A stretch of DNA of 59,725 nt, filler included. It is 5 parts of 5 records of this genome, joined end to end, with 100 filler letters (N's around TTAATTAATTAA, not from the genome) between each part and the next. Parts side by side here need not be neighbours in the genome. Positions count along the whole stretch, not along the records: positions 1 to 15,403 come from DRR723986_14828; positions 15,504 to 24,850 come from DRR723986_14831; 3 more parts are not named here. One strand, written 5' to 3'. Of this stretch, positions 12,595-23,105 are shown piece by piece. The notes beneath the pieces are model-generated. The model was not told the origin of the DNA, did not search any database, and saw only the letters and a program-made list of their open reading frames with translations. The translations under genes and the position numbers were made by a program. The first letter of the stretch is position 1. Every line of letters begins with the position of its first letter.

Positions 12595-14249
12595 ATCTAA
12601 TCCAATTTGCTCCCCACACTTTCGCACATTAGCGTCAGTTTACAACTAGATAATTGCCTCGGCTCTTGGTCTTCCCTCTAGTATCTATGAATTTAACCTC
12701 TCCACCAGAAATTCCATTATCCTTTTTGAAACTCAAAGTTTATCGGTTTTTAAACAATGTCCAAAGTTGAGCCTTGGGATTTTCATTTAAACCTAATGAA
12801 CAGCCTACGTGCGCTTTACGCCCAATAATTAGGAATAACGCTCGCCCCTTCCGTATTACCGCTGCTGCTGGCACGGAAATGAGCCAGGACTTCTTTTCCG
12901 AGTAAAGTCATAATCTTCCTCGACGAAAGAGTTTTACAACGATTAAACTTGTGTCTTCATCACTCATGCAAGATTGCTGGATCAAGCTTTCGCTCATTGT
13001 CCAAGATTCCTCACTGCTGCACCTTAGTAGGCGCTGGACCTTTTCTCAGTTCCAGTGTGGCCGTTCGCGCTTTCACGTCGGCGAGAGATCATTGATTTGG
13101 TGGGCTTTTTTCTCACCAACTATCTAATCTCGAATAGGAAAATTTCATAGTTTTTTGATTCGAAACCCAACAAAAAAGGGTTCGACACAACAAAATTTGC
13201 CTTTGTTCCTTAAAAACAAAGATCGGACTTTTTAAATGTCGGTCGCAGACACCTTTATTTTCCCGACTATGAAGCATCTACCTATCCAATACTCACCCGG
13301 ACGCCATGTTCTTTAAGATAAAAAAACATTCGACTTGCATGTGTAAAGCATCTTGCTAGCGTTCATTCGGAGCCAGGATCAAACTCTTGCGTTCATTTTG
13401 GCTGGGAAGCTTCCTCCACGACGTAGAGCGTTTGTCTTTGAAGGCAGCGTTCCGCATGTGGCCTTTCGGCCACGATGACAGCCAAATAACAAAATCCTCC
13501 TTTTTATGAATTTATAATCTGTGCTCCGTGTTCGAACTTGGAACTCGTCGCGCGAGCCTTTTCGGAGAACTGGCCGTCGGAACAAGATGAACCCGAAGGC
13601 ATGTGTGGAACGCGAAATAAGCACGGAGTGTGGCGTTTGCTTTGTTGCGGGCAAAACACCAAACTCGCCTCAGTGTGAATTCCAGATGCCGCGCCCGGCC
13701 GAAGGCCGGGGAGGCGGAATCCCAAAACGAGGGATTCCCGCGTGCAATACCGAACGGGATTGCCTTTGGGGAATAAGAGGCGTCCAAAAACAAAATGCTA
13801 TTGTTTTCGGGACATAAGGTGGTCATGCCGCCATTGTGCGGCGGAGGTGACGGACGATTATGCTTATTGTTAGTTGGTCTCGGCTCAATGCTCCTTAAAC
13901 GATTCGAAGGTCCCGGAACGCCCGCCAGTCAAAAACAGACATTTTGGAGTTTTGGCTGCGTTATCGCCGCAGCCGCCTTAGTTCTAATAAGAGCTAAACC
14001 TTTACGGGCAACACTCATTTAGGCTATCGCGTGTTAATCTGACACAACTCTCATTGAAGGATCCGTTTTGGATATAACTTCCTACTTATATGCTTTCAGT
14101 AGTTATTTATAAATACGTAGCTACTCGACATTGCAATTGGCATCACAACCGATACACCATTGGTATTTTTACCGCGGTCCTCTCGTACTAACGATAATAT
14201 TCCTCAATCCTTCTTTACCCACGGTAGATAGGGACCAAACTGTCTCACG

Positions 14250-15045
14250 TATGTAACCCCCTATTTTCATAAGGGCATGGACTATATCTTCAGCCCCTGC
14301 GCGTAAACGCGCAGGGGCGTTAACGTATGATACCTAAGAGGATTTTTCAGGTATCTCAAGCGAAATGCTTTCAGTCTCTACAGGCGGAAAAAGTATAGAT
14401 TGTACGACCAGAGAAGTATTCTTTCGTTTTTTTGAATCTGTAAATTGAGCAACTTTGTCTACTAATTTGCATACCTCTATAAAGTCCTCTTTTGTATCCA
14501 CAGTCTTAACTTGGTCAATGATTTTTAATATTAATTTAGCCAAAGGCCGTTTTATCCGCAAATATGGGTACAGCGCGAGAAGCAACGGCTCAACGAACAC
14601 AGGTCCGGTAACAGTGTATTCGGACATATTATCGTTTCGAATTCTAATAACACCACATTTCAAGAGTTTATGTAATCATAAGATAAATCAATGTCTACTT
14701 TTCTTTTGATAAAAGGTTATAGATACTCGGATTTGAAATTTTAATTTATAGTTTTTTCGGGGAATTATTTGTGATAAAAGACAACCGTCTCCATCGATAA
14801 AACCCGCAAGATAGCTCAAGTCCTGCTCGGACAAGTGTCGAAGCGAGGGCGGAGTCTTTGGTGACGGTTCATTGTTGAATTTTTGCTTTGGCTGTGTCAT
14901 ATTTTGTTCTTAAATTTTCTATACTTAAACCTTCCCTCGGTATTGCCATCCAACCATTTTTGCGTGCGATTGGAGAAGGTTTCACCGATATAAGTTAATG
15001 CTGCTAAGTGCGCCTTGCAGCGCACCAACGCCGTCAGCAAATTTG
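14250..15045 (-). mobile_element. Group I intron in rnl at L2593, apparent terminal A
   Basis: Inserted in AGAACGT|CGTGAG. P1 AACGU/GCGUU. Core motifs TAGAGACTG and AAGATATAGTCC. Confidence 0.87.
14334..14900 (-). CDS. Single-motif LAGLIDADG homing endonuclease (I-CreI-like)
   Basis: YLAGFIDGDGCL. The two ORF-track fragments join via TGA=Trp (RHWFILWL). L2593 is the I-CreI intron site. Confidence 0.9.
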
Positions 15046-15052
15046 ACGTTCT

Positions 15053-15331
15053 CACGTCTTGTTTGGCCTCGCCTTGAGGCGAGGGTTGGACTATATCATC
15101 ATCCTTAAGCAAGCAGGCTGGCGATCGGTGCAAGCTCAATTTAAGGAGTCTCACGGTTGAGTCTCTGAAGATCCTTTGGCAAAAGACAGCAATTTTGCAA
15201 AGTTTCCTGCGGATTTGCCCTCACCCCATGTGTTCAATAATAGGAGGGGTTACGATTGTGAGGGGGGAGCGTTTCCCGCAAATAGTGAGATTTTTTTTGA
15301 TTGCCTTACGGCAAAAAGGGTTCAGAACTCT
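15053..15331 (-). mobile_element. ORF-less group I intron in rnl at L2586 (279 nt)
   Basis: P1 GGGUUU/GAACCC and P10 GUUCU/AGAAC. Core motifs CAGAGACTC and GATGATATAGTCC. Ends in G. Confidence 0.87.
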
Positions 15332-15403
15332 AAACCCAACTCATGTACCACTTTAATGCAGGCGAACAGCCTGACCCTTGGGACCTTCTTCAGCCCCAGG
15401 ATG

Positions 15404-15503
15404 NNNNNNNNNNNNNNNNNNNNNNNNNNNNNNNNNNNNNNNNNNNNTTAATTAATTAANNNNNNNNNNNNNNNNNNNNNNNNNNNNNNNNNNNNNNNNN
15501 NNN
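15404..15503. other. Artificial contig linker (N run with TTAATTAATTAA)
   Basis: 100 nt with stops in six frames. Composition changes across it. Confidence 0.99.
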
Positions 15504-15529
15504 TTTAACCAAAGCCCATGTTGTACATA
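15504..15529 (+). repeat. 26-nt terminal direct repeat, copy 1 (TTTAACCAAAGCCCATGTTGTACATA)
   Basis: Identical to the last 26 nt of the same contig (24825-24850). Confidence 0.95.
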
Positions 15530-15835
15530 ACGCAAGTACATTATAGTACAAATATAGTAATTTCTGTATAGCCGTTTTTTAGGCTATTTACACATAATTG
15601 TAGATATAGTGCCTTTAGGTCTATATCGTCAACAATTATGTTAAAAGAAATTACGGCTAATTAACTTGTAGGTTTATTTGATAGCTATAATTCTCTATTA
15701 TGTAAAATATCCCATAAGGTTTTAGTATTCCAAAAGAAAATTTAGAACTTGGGTCATTAAATATTCGTGTCTTTGGTTTAGTACTAAATAATAAACATTC
15801 TGCTGTTTGTACTATAATTTGCCGTTATGTAAAAT
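15520..15835. other. Cluster of Xer/dif-like sites (15520-15551 inverted, 15680-15708, 15807-15835)
   Basis: ..CTATAA-N7-TTATGTAAAAT occurs twice. The right arm is one mismatch from the E. coli XerD arm TTATGTTAAAT. The third, inverted copy has a 10-nt spacer. Confidence 0.55.
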
Positions 15836-16526
15836 TGCCGCTGCCTATGCGCTCCATTGTTTTTTATAAATTAAACGCTTATGGCGTTTATTTCTAAACA
15901 CAATTTCCAACCGCATAGCCACCGCCATAAAAAAGCTAACCTTTTAGATTCATTTAAAAATCGCGTATTCGATAATAATCCTGCCAGATTTTTTTCTACG
16001 GCATTCTCGTAAAGGTTTCCGCAAGAGTATAAAATTTAAGAAAAATAAATTTCTATACACTTGCTCTAATTGTGCTATTATTTAACTTTTTTTGACTTTG
16101 GTTGTTTAACAACGTTTAGAACTGAAATTTGAAAATCGTGACTATTAACCGTTTATTATTATCTTTTTTTCTTGATAAAAAAAGAAACAAAAAAATCAAG
16201 GCTGCACAAAACTTTGGAAACAATCACGGCTCAATCGCTATATTTTAGAAACTTTTGAACTGATTAAGATTGTTCGGAAATTCAATTTAAAGTTATACTT
16301 CTTAAGTATCTGTATTACTATCTCCCCAAAATATCTACGCTTCATTCACCTATTATTTTACCAAAATAATATGAGGTCATTTTGCCAACACATCATCTGG
16401 GTAAAAACTCGCAGTGCGCTAGTTAAACTAAGTTTTTAGGTTATCTCCTATATTATCTAAAGAAGGTATTACCTATCATTAGTTCCAATTAAAAACCTAT
16501 CCTTCCCTTCCACTCTATTATTAGAG

Positions 16527-17546
16527 TTATCGAGTAGATTGTCTAATAACTAGCTCTGTCTCTAGTTCAATAATTTTAGGAGTAACCTCTTTATTCTTCT
16601 TTAGTTTTCTAATTTCTTTATAAAGTTGCTTAAAGGCAGTTTTTCCCATTTCATAACCAGGTTGATTAATTGTTGTTAAAGATGGAGATATAACAGAAGC
16701 CATAAACCAATTACTAAATCCAACAATAGATATATCTTCAGGAACTTTGACACCGCATTTATTAAACTCTGCAATTGCACCAATAGCTACTAAATCTGTA
16801 TTTATAAAAATACCATCAACATCGCTATGGTCTTTAAGTAGTTCTTTTGCATAGAACTTACCTTCATCAAAACTCATATCTTTTAATATATATATTAAAG
16901 AAGAATCATAAGTTATACCATTTTCAGTTAATGCGGTTTTATATCCTAAAAAACGATCAATAGAATTTTGTGGTAATAATGGACCTCTAAAATGGGCAAT
17001 ACGTTTACAACCAGAATCAATTAAGTATTTTGTTGCTGTATAAGCAGCTTTTCTATCATTAATAATAACCTTAGAACAATTTATTAGTTTTGCGATTTTA
17101 TCGAACATAACTAACGGTACTTCTTGAGTTATTAAATCATCAAGGTGCTTAAAATCACCTGTACCATTGGCTAGAGATATTAAGATACCATCTACTCTTT
17201 TACTTAATAAAAGGTCTAATTGTTTTTTTTCGAGCTCGTAAGATTCATTGGACTGTAATATAATAACTAAATATCCCTTTTTTTCAGCCTGAGCAATAAT
17301 ACCCTTAATAACACTAGAAAAAAAGTGATGCACTACCTCAGGAATAATAAGACCTATTGTTTTAGATTCTTTCGTTCTTAGATTAACTGCAAAAGCATTG
17401 GGCTTATAGTTTAGAAGTGCTGCTGTTTCTTTAACCAAACGTTTAGTTTTCTTGCTTACGTCTGGATAATCTTTAAGTGCTTTTGAAACAGTTGAAACTG
17501 AAATTTTCAAGGTTTCGGCTATTTCTTTTAATGTAGTTGGTTTCAT
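16527..17546 (-). CDS. LacI-family transcriptional regulator
   Basis: N-terminal HTH TLKEIAETLKISVSTVSKAL and periplasmic-binding-like domain ending in PSLTTINQP. Confidence 0.95.
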   Translation of the reverse strand: MKPTTLKEIAETLKISVSTVSKALKDYPDVSKKTKRLVKETAALLNYKPNAFAVNLRTKESKTIGLIIPEVVHHFFSSVIKGIIAQAEKKGYLVIILQSNESYELEKKQLDLLLSKRVDGILISLANGTGDFKHLDDLITQEVPLVMFDKIAKLINCSKVIINDRKAAYTATKYLIDSGCKRIAHFRGPLLPQNSIDRFLGYKTALTENGITYDSSLIYILKDMSFDEGKFYAKELLKDHSDVDGIFINTDLVAIGAIAEFNKCGVKVPEDISIVGFSNWFMASVISPSLTTINQPGYEMGKTAFKQLYKEIRKLKKNKEVTPKIIELETELVIRQSTR

Positions 17547-17593
17547 ATATCAATGATATTAACTTAAGATTTTAAATTACAAAAATATAAAAA

Positions 17594-17627
17594 CGAAAAC
17601 GTTTTCGGTAAATCGAAAACGTTTTCG
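17594..17627. promoter_or_regulatory. Tandem LacI-type operators, CGAAAACGTTTTCG x2
   Basis: Perfect 14-bp palindromes at 17594-17607 and 17614-17627, between the divergent lacI and TonB receptor genes. Confidence 0.85.
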
Positions 17628-17710
17628 TTACGAATTTCTAATGTTTTTTAGAGTTAGAATGTAAATTCAACAAATATTCTATAAAAAATTACTAATTAAA
17701 CAACAAAAAA

Positions 17711-20341
17711 ATGAAACTCATTACAAACAAAATGTATTTACTGTTGCTGTTTACGATGTTCACAGCTATAGTTTCTGCACAAAGTAGTATCTCTGGTATT
17801 GTTAAAGATACGGAAGGAATGACGCTACCTGGTGTTAACGTTTTATTAGAGGGTACCTCTAAAGGTGCCGTTTCTGATATAGACGGAAATTATGTTATTA
17901 CTAATGTCGAAAACGGAACTTATACTTTAATAGGTTCTTATTTAGGTTTTTCAACTTTTAAAAAATCAGTTACGATAGATGGTAGTGATATAAATGAAGA
18001 TATAACAATGACTGAAGATTCTGAGTCTTTAGACCAAGTTGTAATTACTGGTGTTGTAAATCCAAAGTCTAAGTTAGAGTCAAGTGTTTCAGTATCTACA
18101 TTAGATGCTAAAGTCATTGAGCTAGCTGCTCCAAGAAGTGCTGGTGAACTTTTTAGAAACGTTCCTGGTATTAGAGCAGAGTCTTCAGGTGGAGAAGGTA
18201 ATGCCAACTTTAACGTTCGTGGTGTTCCTATTTCATCAGGAGGATCTCGATATTTTCAAATTCAAGAAGATGGTTTACCATTAAACTTATTTGGTGATAC
18301 TTCTTTTGGAAATGCCGATAACTTTTTAAGAATTGATACTAATATTGGAAGAGTTGAAGCCATTAGAGGTGGTTCTGCATCTACGCAGACATCTAATGGT
18401 CCTGCAGGTATAATAAACATGATTAGCAAAACAGGCGCAATAGAAGGCGGTTCAATTGCTACTACTTTTGGTATGGATTACCAAACGAGTAGATTAGATT
18501 TTGAATACGGTACTCCACTAGGAAATGGTTTGTCTTATCATATTGGTGGTTTTATGAGAACGGGTGAAGGACCTAGAGAAATTGGTTATCAAGGAAACAA
18601 AGGTGGTCAATTTAAAGCTAACCTTACTAAAAGATTTGAAAGTGGTTATGTACGCGTTTATGGTAAGTTTTTAAATGACAAATCTGTAATGTATTTACCT
18701 ATGCCTATGCAATTGGAAGGTGATAATGATGATCCAACCTTTTCTAATTTACCAGGATTTGATATTACTTCAGATGCAACGCAGTCAGCTTATTTACAAC
18801 AAAGTGCTGGTACCTCTCCTTTTACTGGAGAAAATCACACAAATGATGTAAGAAATGGTAATAATCCTATTTCAAAATCTATTGGTGCTGAGTTTTCATT
18901 TAGCTTACCTAACGATTGGAAAATATCAGGTAAAGCAAGATACTCTAACAACAGCGGACAATGGGTTGCTCCATTTACAGCAGCTGTTGGCAGTGTAGCT
19001 GATATTGAAGCTACTGCTAGAGATGCAGCAGGAGCTGGTGCAGAACCATTAGTGTATTCAGATGGTGATAGAGAGGCTTTTAATCCTTCAAATGGATTAG
19101 CACAAATTATACACATGTTTGATGTATCTGTAGAGGATTTGAGTAACTTTTTTAGTGATGTGAAAGTGTCTAAGAAACTTGGTGATAATGTAGGTGTAAC
19201 TGCTGGTTTGTTTACAGCAACTCAAAACACTAAAATCGGATGGCAATGGAGTTCTTTCCTTTCTGAAGTAAAAGGAGGTGGAGATGCTAGATTAGTTGAT
19301 TTTGATGGCTTTTCGAGAAACGGACAATATTCTTATGGAACACCAGTTTGGGGTAACTGTTGTCAACGAAAATACAATACGGTACATAATGTAAATTCCC
19401 CTTATGTTGGTATTGATGCAGATATTAATGATAAGTTAAACTTTGATGGTAGTGTGCGTTTTGAGAACGTTAGAGTAAACGGTAATATAGCAGCTGGTCC
19501 AACAAGTCAAGATTCTTATGACTATAATGGTGATGGTACAATACAAGGTATTGAGCAGGTTGTACCAATTATTTCTGGTGCTGATGGTCAAATTGTTAAT
19601 GATGATTACAACTTTGTGTCTTATTCAGCAGGTTTAAACTATAAAATAAACGATGGTTCTGCTGTATTTGGACGTTATAGTTCTGGTGCATCAGGTAGAG
19701 CTCCAGACAGAAATACTTATGGTACGGATGGAAAAGCAGATGTTCAGTATGACGAAGTTTCTCAACTTGAAGTTGGTTACAAGAGAAGACTTAATAATGG
19801 TGTACTTAACCTAACTGGTTTTATGAGTAACACTGAAGAAGGATTAAGTAATGAATTAAATAGAGAAGTAGGTAATCCATTTAAGGCTCTAGGTATAGAA
19901 GCAGAAACTGTATTAAGGTATGGTGCAAACTTTACATTTAATGGTTCATTAACTTGGACTAAAGCTGAGATTGATGGAGGAGATAATAAAGGTAATACAC
20001 CTAGAAGACAAGCAGATTTTGTTTATAATTTTTCACCTTCATATAATTTCGGGAATAATAGCAAACATACAATAGCACTAAGTGTTTTAGGAACATCTAA
20101 GTCTTACGCACAAGATGATAATGATTTAGTTATGCCAGGTTATGCATACTTTAATTTGATTGGTAGAGCTGGTTTAACAGAAGGTTTATCTTTAGTACTT
20201 AGTGTAAACAACTTGTTTGATACTGTTGGTATTACTGAAGTTGAAGGAAATGGAGATGGTGCTTTTGGTAACAACAGATTAGTAAGAGCAAGATCAATTA
20301 GTGGTCGTTCTTCTACTCTATCCCTTCAATACAAGTTCTAA
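17711..20341 (+). CDS. TonB-dependent receptor (probable sucrose uptake)
   Basis: Signal peptide, carboxypeptidase-like N-domain, LDQVVITG TonB box, plug (RVEAIRGGSAS) and C-terminal F. Confidence 0.92.
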   Translation: MKLITNKMYLLLLFTMFTAIVSAQSSISGIVKDTEGMTLPGVNVLLEGTSKGAVSDIDGNYVITNVENGTYTLIGSYLGFSTFKKSVTIDGSDINEDITMTEDSESLDQVVITGVVNPKSKLESSVSVSTLDAKVIELAAPRSAGELFRNVPGIRAESSGGEGNANFNVRGVPISSGGSRYFQIQEDGLPLNLFGDTSFGNADNFLRIDTNIGRVEAIRGGSASTQTSNGPAGIINMISKTGAIEGGSIATTFGMDYQTSRLDFEYGTPLGNGLSYHIGGFMRTGEGPREIGYQGNKGGQFKANLTKRFESGYVRVYGKFLNDKSVMYLPMPMQLEGDNDDPTFSNLPGFDITSDATQSAYLQQSAGTSPFTGENHTNDVRNGNNPISKSIGAEFSFSLPNDWKISGKARYSNNSGQWVAPFTAAVGSVADIEATARDAAGAGAEPLVYSDGDREAFNPSNGLAQIIHMFDVSVEDLSNFFSDVKVSKKLGDNVGVTAGLFTATQNTKIGWQWSSFLSEVKGGGDARLVDFDGFSRNGQYSYGTPVWGNCCQRKYNTVHNVNSPYVGIDADINDKLNFDGSVRFENVRVNGNIAAGPTSQDSYDYNGDGTIQGIEQVVPIISGADGQIVNDDYNFVSYSAGLNYKINDGSAVFGRYSSGASGRAPDRNTYGTDGKADVQYDEVSQLEVGYKRRLNNGVLNLTGFMSNTEEGLSNELNREVGNPFKALGIEAETVLRYGANFTFNGSLTWTKAEIDGGDNKGNTPRRQADFVYNFSPSYNFGNNSKHTIALSVLGTSKSYAQDDNDLVMPGYAYFNLIGRAGLTEGLSLVLSVNNLFDTVGITEVEGNGDGAFGNNRLVRARSISGRSSTLSLQYKF

Positions 20342-20394
20342 ATTTATTTAAAATATTTGAGTAAGTTAATTTTGATTAAGTTTGATTGATTGGT

Positions 20395-20437
20395 AAAAAG
20401 AGTCAGTGTTAATAGATTATCATTGGCTCTTTTTTTT
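20395..20437 (+). terminator. Intrinsic terminator after TonB receptor
   Basis: AAAAAGAGTCAGTG...CATTGGCTCTTTTTTTT hairpin with U tract. Confidence 0.7.
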
Positions 20438-20458
20438 CTAATCCTTATATATTTAAAA

Positions 20459-20824
20459 ATGAGAATTTTTATTTTTTCAGTAACCTTTATTTTTGCCTTA
20501 GCTAAAGTTAGTTTTGGTAATGTATCAGAATCAACTTCACATGCTTTAGATACAACACAAGAGGTAAAAGAGATTATTATATATGGTAGCGGCACTTGCC
20601 ACTATTGTACAGACACTAAAACATATTTAACCAAAAAAAATATTCCTTTTGTTTTTCATGATTTAGACTTAGATTCTAAAAAGATAGAAGAGATGTATGT
20701 TAAATTAAGAAAAGCAAATATAAGTACATCAAATTTTCAAATTCCTGTAGTAGATAAATATGGTGAAATAATCACTAATGATTACGCAACCTTTGAAGCA
20801 TTTTTAAGTAAATTAAGCGACTGA
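20459..20824 (+). CDS. Glutaredoxin-family protein with putative signal peptide
   Basis: IIIYGSGTCHYC (CxxC) and QIPVV cis-Pro motif. Stop overlaps the MFS start (TGATG). Confidence 0.8.
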   Translation: MRIFIFSVTFIFALAKVSFGNVSESTSHALDTTQEVKEIIIYGSGTCHYCTDTKTYLTKKNIPFVFHDLDLDSKKIEEMYVKLRKANISTSNFQIPVVDKYGEIITNDYATFEAFLSKLSD

Positions 20825-22149
20825 TGTTAAAAAAACCTAAGTTAAGTTTTTGGCAAATACTGAATATGAATGTTGGATTCTTTGGGATTCAGTATAGCTT
20901 TGGTTTACAACAAAGCGCAGTAACACCAATTTATGATTTTTTAGGAGCTAGTCCAGATCAAATTCCTATTTTGCATCTAGCTGGCCCAGTAACAGGATTA
21001 TTAGTACAACCAATAATTGGCGCATTAAGTGATAAAACTTGGAGCCCAAGATTTGGAAGACGTAAACCTTTTTTCTTAATTGGAGCTATTTTATGTAGTT
21101 TAACCTTGTTAGCATTTCCGTTTAGCAGTTCTTTATGGATGGCAGCTGGCTTGCTATGGGTTTTAGATGCCGGTAATAACACAGCAATGGAGCCTTATAG
21201 AGCGCTTATTGCAGACAAGTTAGATGATGAACAACAACCATTAGGTTTTCAGATGCAAAGCTTTTTTACAGGCTTAGGACAAGTATTAGCTAATATATCG
21301 TTATTTATTTTTCCTTTGATTTTTATTGGTATGACAGGGTCGTTACCAACTTGGGTTTATGCTTCATTTTTCTTAGGTGCTTTTTGTTCTATCGCCTCAA
21401 TACTGTGGAGTATTAGTAAAACAAAAGAAATACCACCTACAGAGGAAGAGTTGGCTAAACTTAAAGCAGAAAAACGAAGTGTTTTAGGTCCTATATTAGA
21501 AATATTTGCCGCTATAAAAGATATGCCAAAAGTGATGTGGCAATTGGCATTGGTGTACTTATTTCAATGGTATGCCCTATTCTGTTATTGGCAAAATTCT
21601 TCAAAAAGTGTTGCACTTTCCGTTTGGAATGCTACACCAGAAAATACAGAAGCTTATAGCGAAGCCGTAGGTTGGACAGGTCTAGTAAATGGTTGGTATA
21701 ATGTAGTGACATTTTTAGTAGCATTCGCCTTAGTTGGCTTTGCAAAAAAGTATAGTGCAAAAAATGTTCATGCCTTTTGCTTAATTATAGCAGCTCTCGG
21801 TTTTCTTGCGTTTCCGCATATAGAAAATAAAAATTTATTGTTTTTTGCCATAACAGGCTTTGGTATTGGTTGGGCAAGTATGATGGGAATTCCTTATTTA
21901 ATGGTAGTCTCAGAAATACCAAAAGAAAGATATGGTGTGTATATGGGTATTATCAATATGATGATTGTTATTCCTATGATCTTGCAAACGTTATCATTTG
22001 GATATATTTTAAAACACTTTTTAAATAACGATCCAAGGCAAGCTATAACATTTGCAGGAGTGCTTTTAATTATTAGTGCTATTTTAACTTTACTTATTAA
22101 AAGTAGAAAAGTACCAGACAATATTATATCGATTCCAACAGGACATTAA
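20824..22149 (+). CDS. MFS sugar transporter (sucrose/maltose SLC45/MalT-like)
   Basis: 12-TM pattern. [12 protein letters not shown] and [22 protein letters not shown]. Confidence 0.92.
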   Translation: MLKKPKLSFWQILNMNVGFFGIQYSFGLQQSAVTPIYDFLGASPDQIPILHLAGPVTGLLVQPIIGALSDKTWSPRFGRRKPFFLIGAILCSLTLLAFPFSSSLWMAAGLLWVLDAGNNTAMEPYRALIADKLDDEQQPLGFQMQSFFTGLGQVLANISLFIFPLIFIGMTGSLPTWVYASFFLGAFCSIASILWSISKTKEIPPTEEELAKLKAEKRSVLGPILEIFAAIKDMPKVMWQLALVYLFQWYALFCYWQNSSKSVALSVWNATPENTEAYSEAVGWTGLVNGWYNVVTFLVAFALVGFAKKYSAKNVHAFCLIIAALGFLAFPHIENKNLLFFAITGFGIGWASMMGIPYLMVVSEIPKERYGVYMGIINMMIVIPMILQTLSFGYILKHFLNNDPRQAITFAGVLLIISAILTLLIKSRKVPDNIISIPTGH

Positions 22150-22172
22150 AACGTTTTAATTCAAAAAATTAT

Positions 22173-23099
22173 ATGAAAAATATAGACATTCTTTGTGTAG
22201 GAGAGGTCTTAATTGATTTTATTGGTCACCAGACTGAAGTGCTTATAAATAATACGAGAGATTATCATAGGTATTTAGGTGGTTCACCAACAAATGTTGC
22301 AATGAATTCTGCACGATTAGGGCTAAATTCCAAAATGGTTGCTACGGTTGGGAATGATGGGTTTGGTGCGTATATTTTTGAACGGTTAAATCAAGTTGGT
22401 GTTAATACCAAATCAATTGCAAAAGTCAATAATAAACCAACCAGTGTAATATTTGTGTCGAGATCACAAGACACACCAGATTTTATTCCCTTTCGTGAGG
22501 CTGATTATTGTATTTCTGAAGATCAAATCCCAACAGAATTACTAAAGGAAACCAGTATTTTTCATACAACGTGTTTTGCCCTAAGCAAAAACCCTGCGCA
22601 ATCTACCATCTTAAAAAAGGCAAAAGAAGCCTATAACTTAGGTTGTCAGTTAAGCATAGATTTTAATTATGCTGATGAAATTTGGGATAATAAAGATGAG
22701 GCACTAAACGTAATCAAAGCTTACTGTAAATTCAATCCACTTATAAAAATAAGTGAAGATGATATGTTTAGACTCTTTGAGCGTAATTTGCCTCACCATG
22801 AGATTTTTGAATTTTTTCATAATGAAGGAGTGGACACCATCTGTTTAACATTGGGAAGTGAAGGCGTAAAACTATCTCAAAAAAGTAAAGGGATTATAGA
22901 ACTACCAGCCATAAAAGTTGAAAACGTTATGGACGCCACAGGTGCTGGAGATGCATTTTGGTCTGGTTTTTTGTTTGCTTATATAAAAGAAAAACCAATT
23001 AAGGAATGTATGGATATTGCATTACAATTGGCGGCACTAAAGCTTCAAAATGTGGGTAGGTTGCCAGACAATATTGATATTCTTTCCAAATTACTCTAA
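22173..23099 (+). CDS. PfkB-family carbohydrate kinase (probable fructokinase)
   Basis: GGSPTNVA and DATGAGDAF motifs. Confidence 0.92.
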   Translation: MKNIDILCVGEVLIDFIGHQTEVLINNTRDYHRYLGGSPTNVAMNSARLGLNSKMVATVGNDGFGAYIFERLNQVGVNTKSIAKVNNKPTSVIFVSRSQDTPDFIPFREADYCISEDQIPTELLKETSIFHTTCFALSKNPAQSTILKKAKEAYNLGCQLSIDFNYADEIWDNKDEALNVIKAYCKFNPLIKISEDDMFRLFERNLPHHEIFEFFHNEGVDTICLTLGSEGVKLSQKSKGIIELPAIKVENVMDATGAGDAFWSGFLFAYIKEKPIKECMDIALQLAALKLQNVGRLPDNIDILSKLL

Positions 23100-23105
23100 A
23101 AAATT

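Larger units (their letters stand above)
13960..15403 (-). rRNA. rnl: mitochondrial LSU rRNA 3' part; exons 15403-15332, 15052-15046 and 14249-~13960
   Basis: Domain V/VI sequences CATCCTGGGGCTG, GAGTTGGGTTT|AGAACGT|CGTGAGACAGTTTGGTCCCTATC and sarcin-ricin loop AGTACGAGAGGACC. The 3' end is approximate. Confidence 0.93.
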
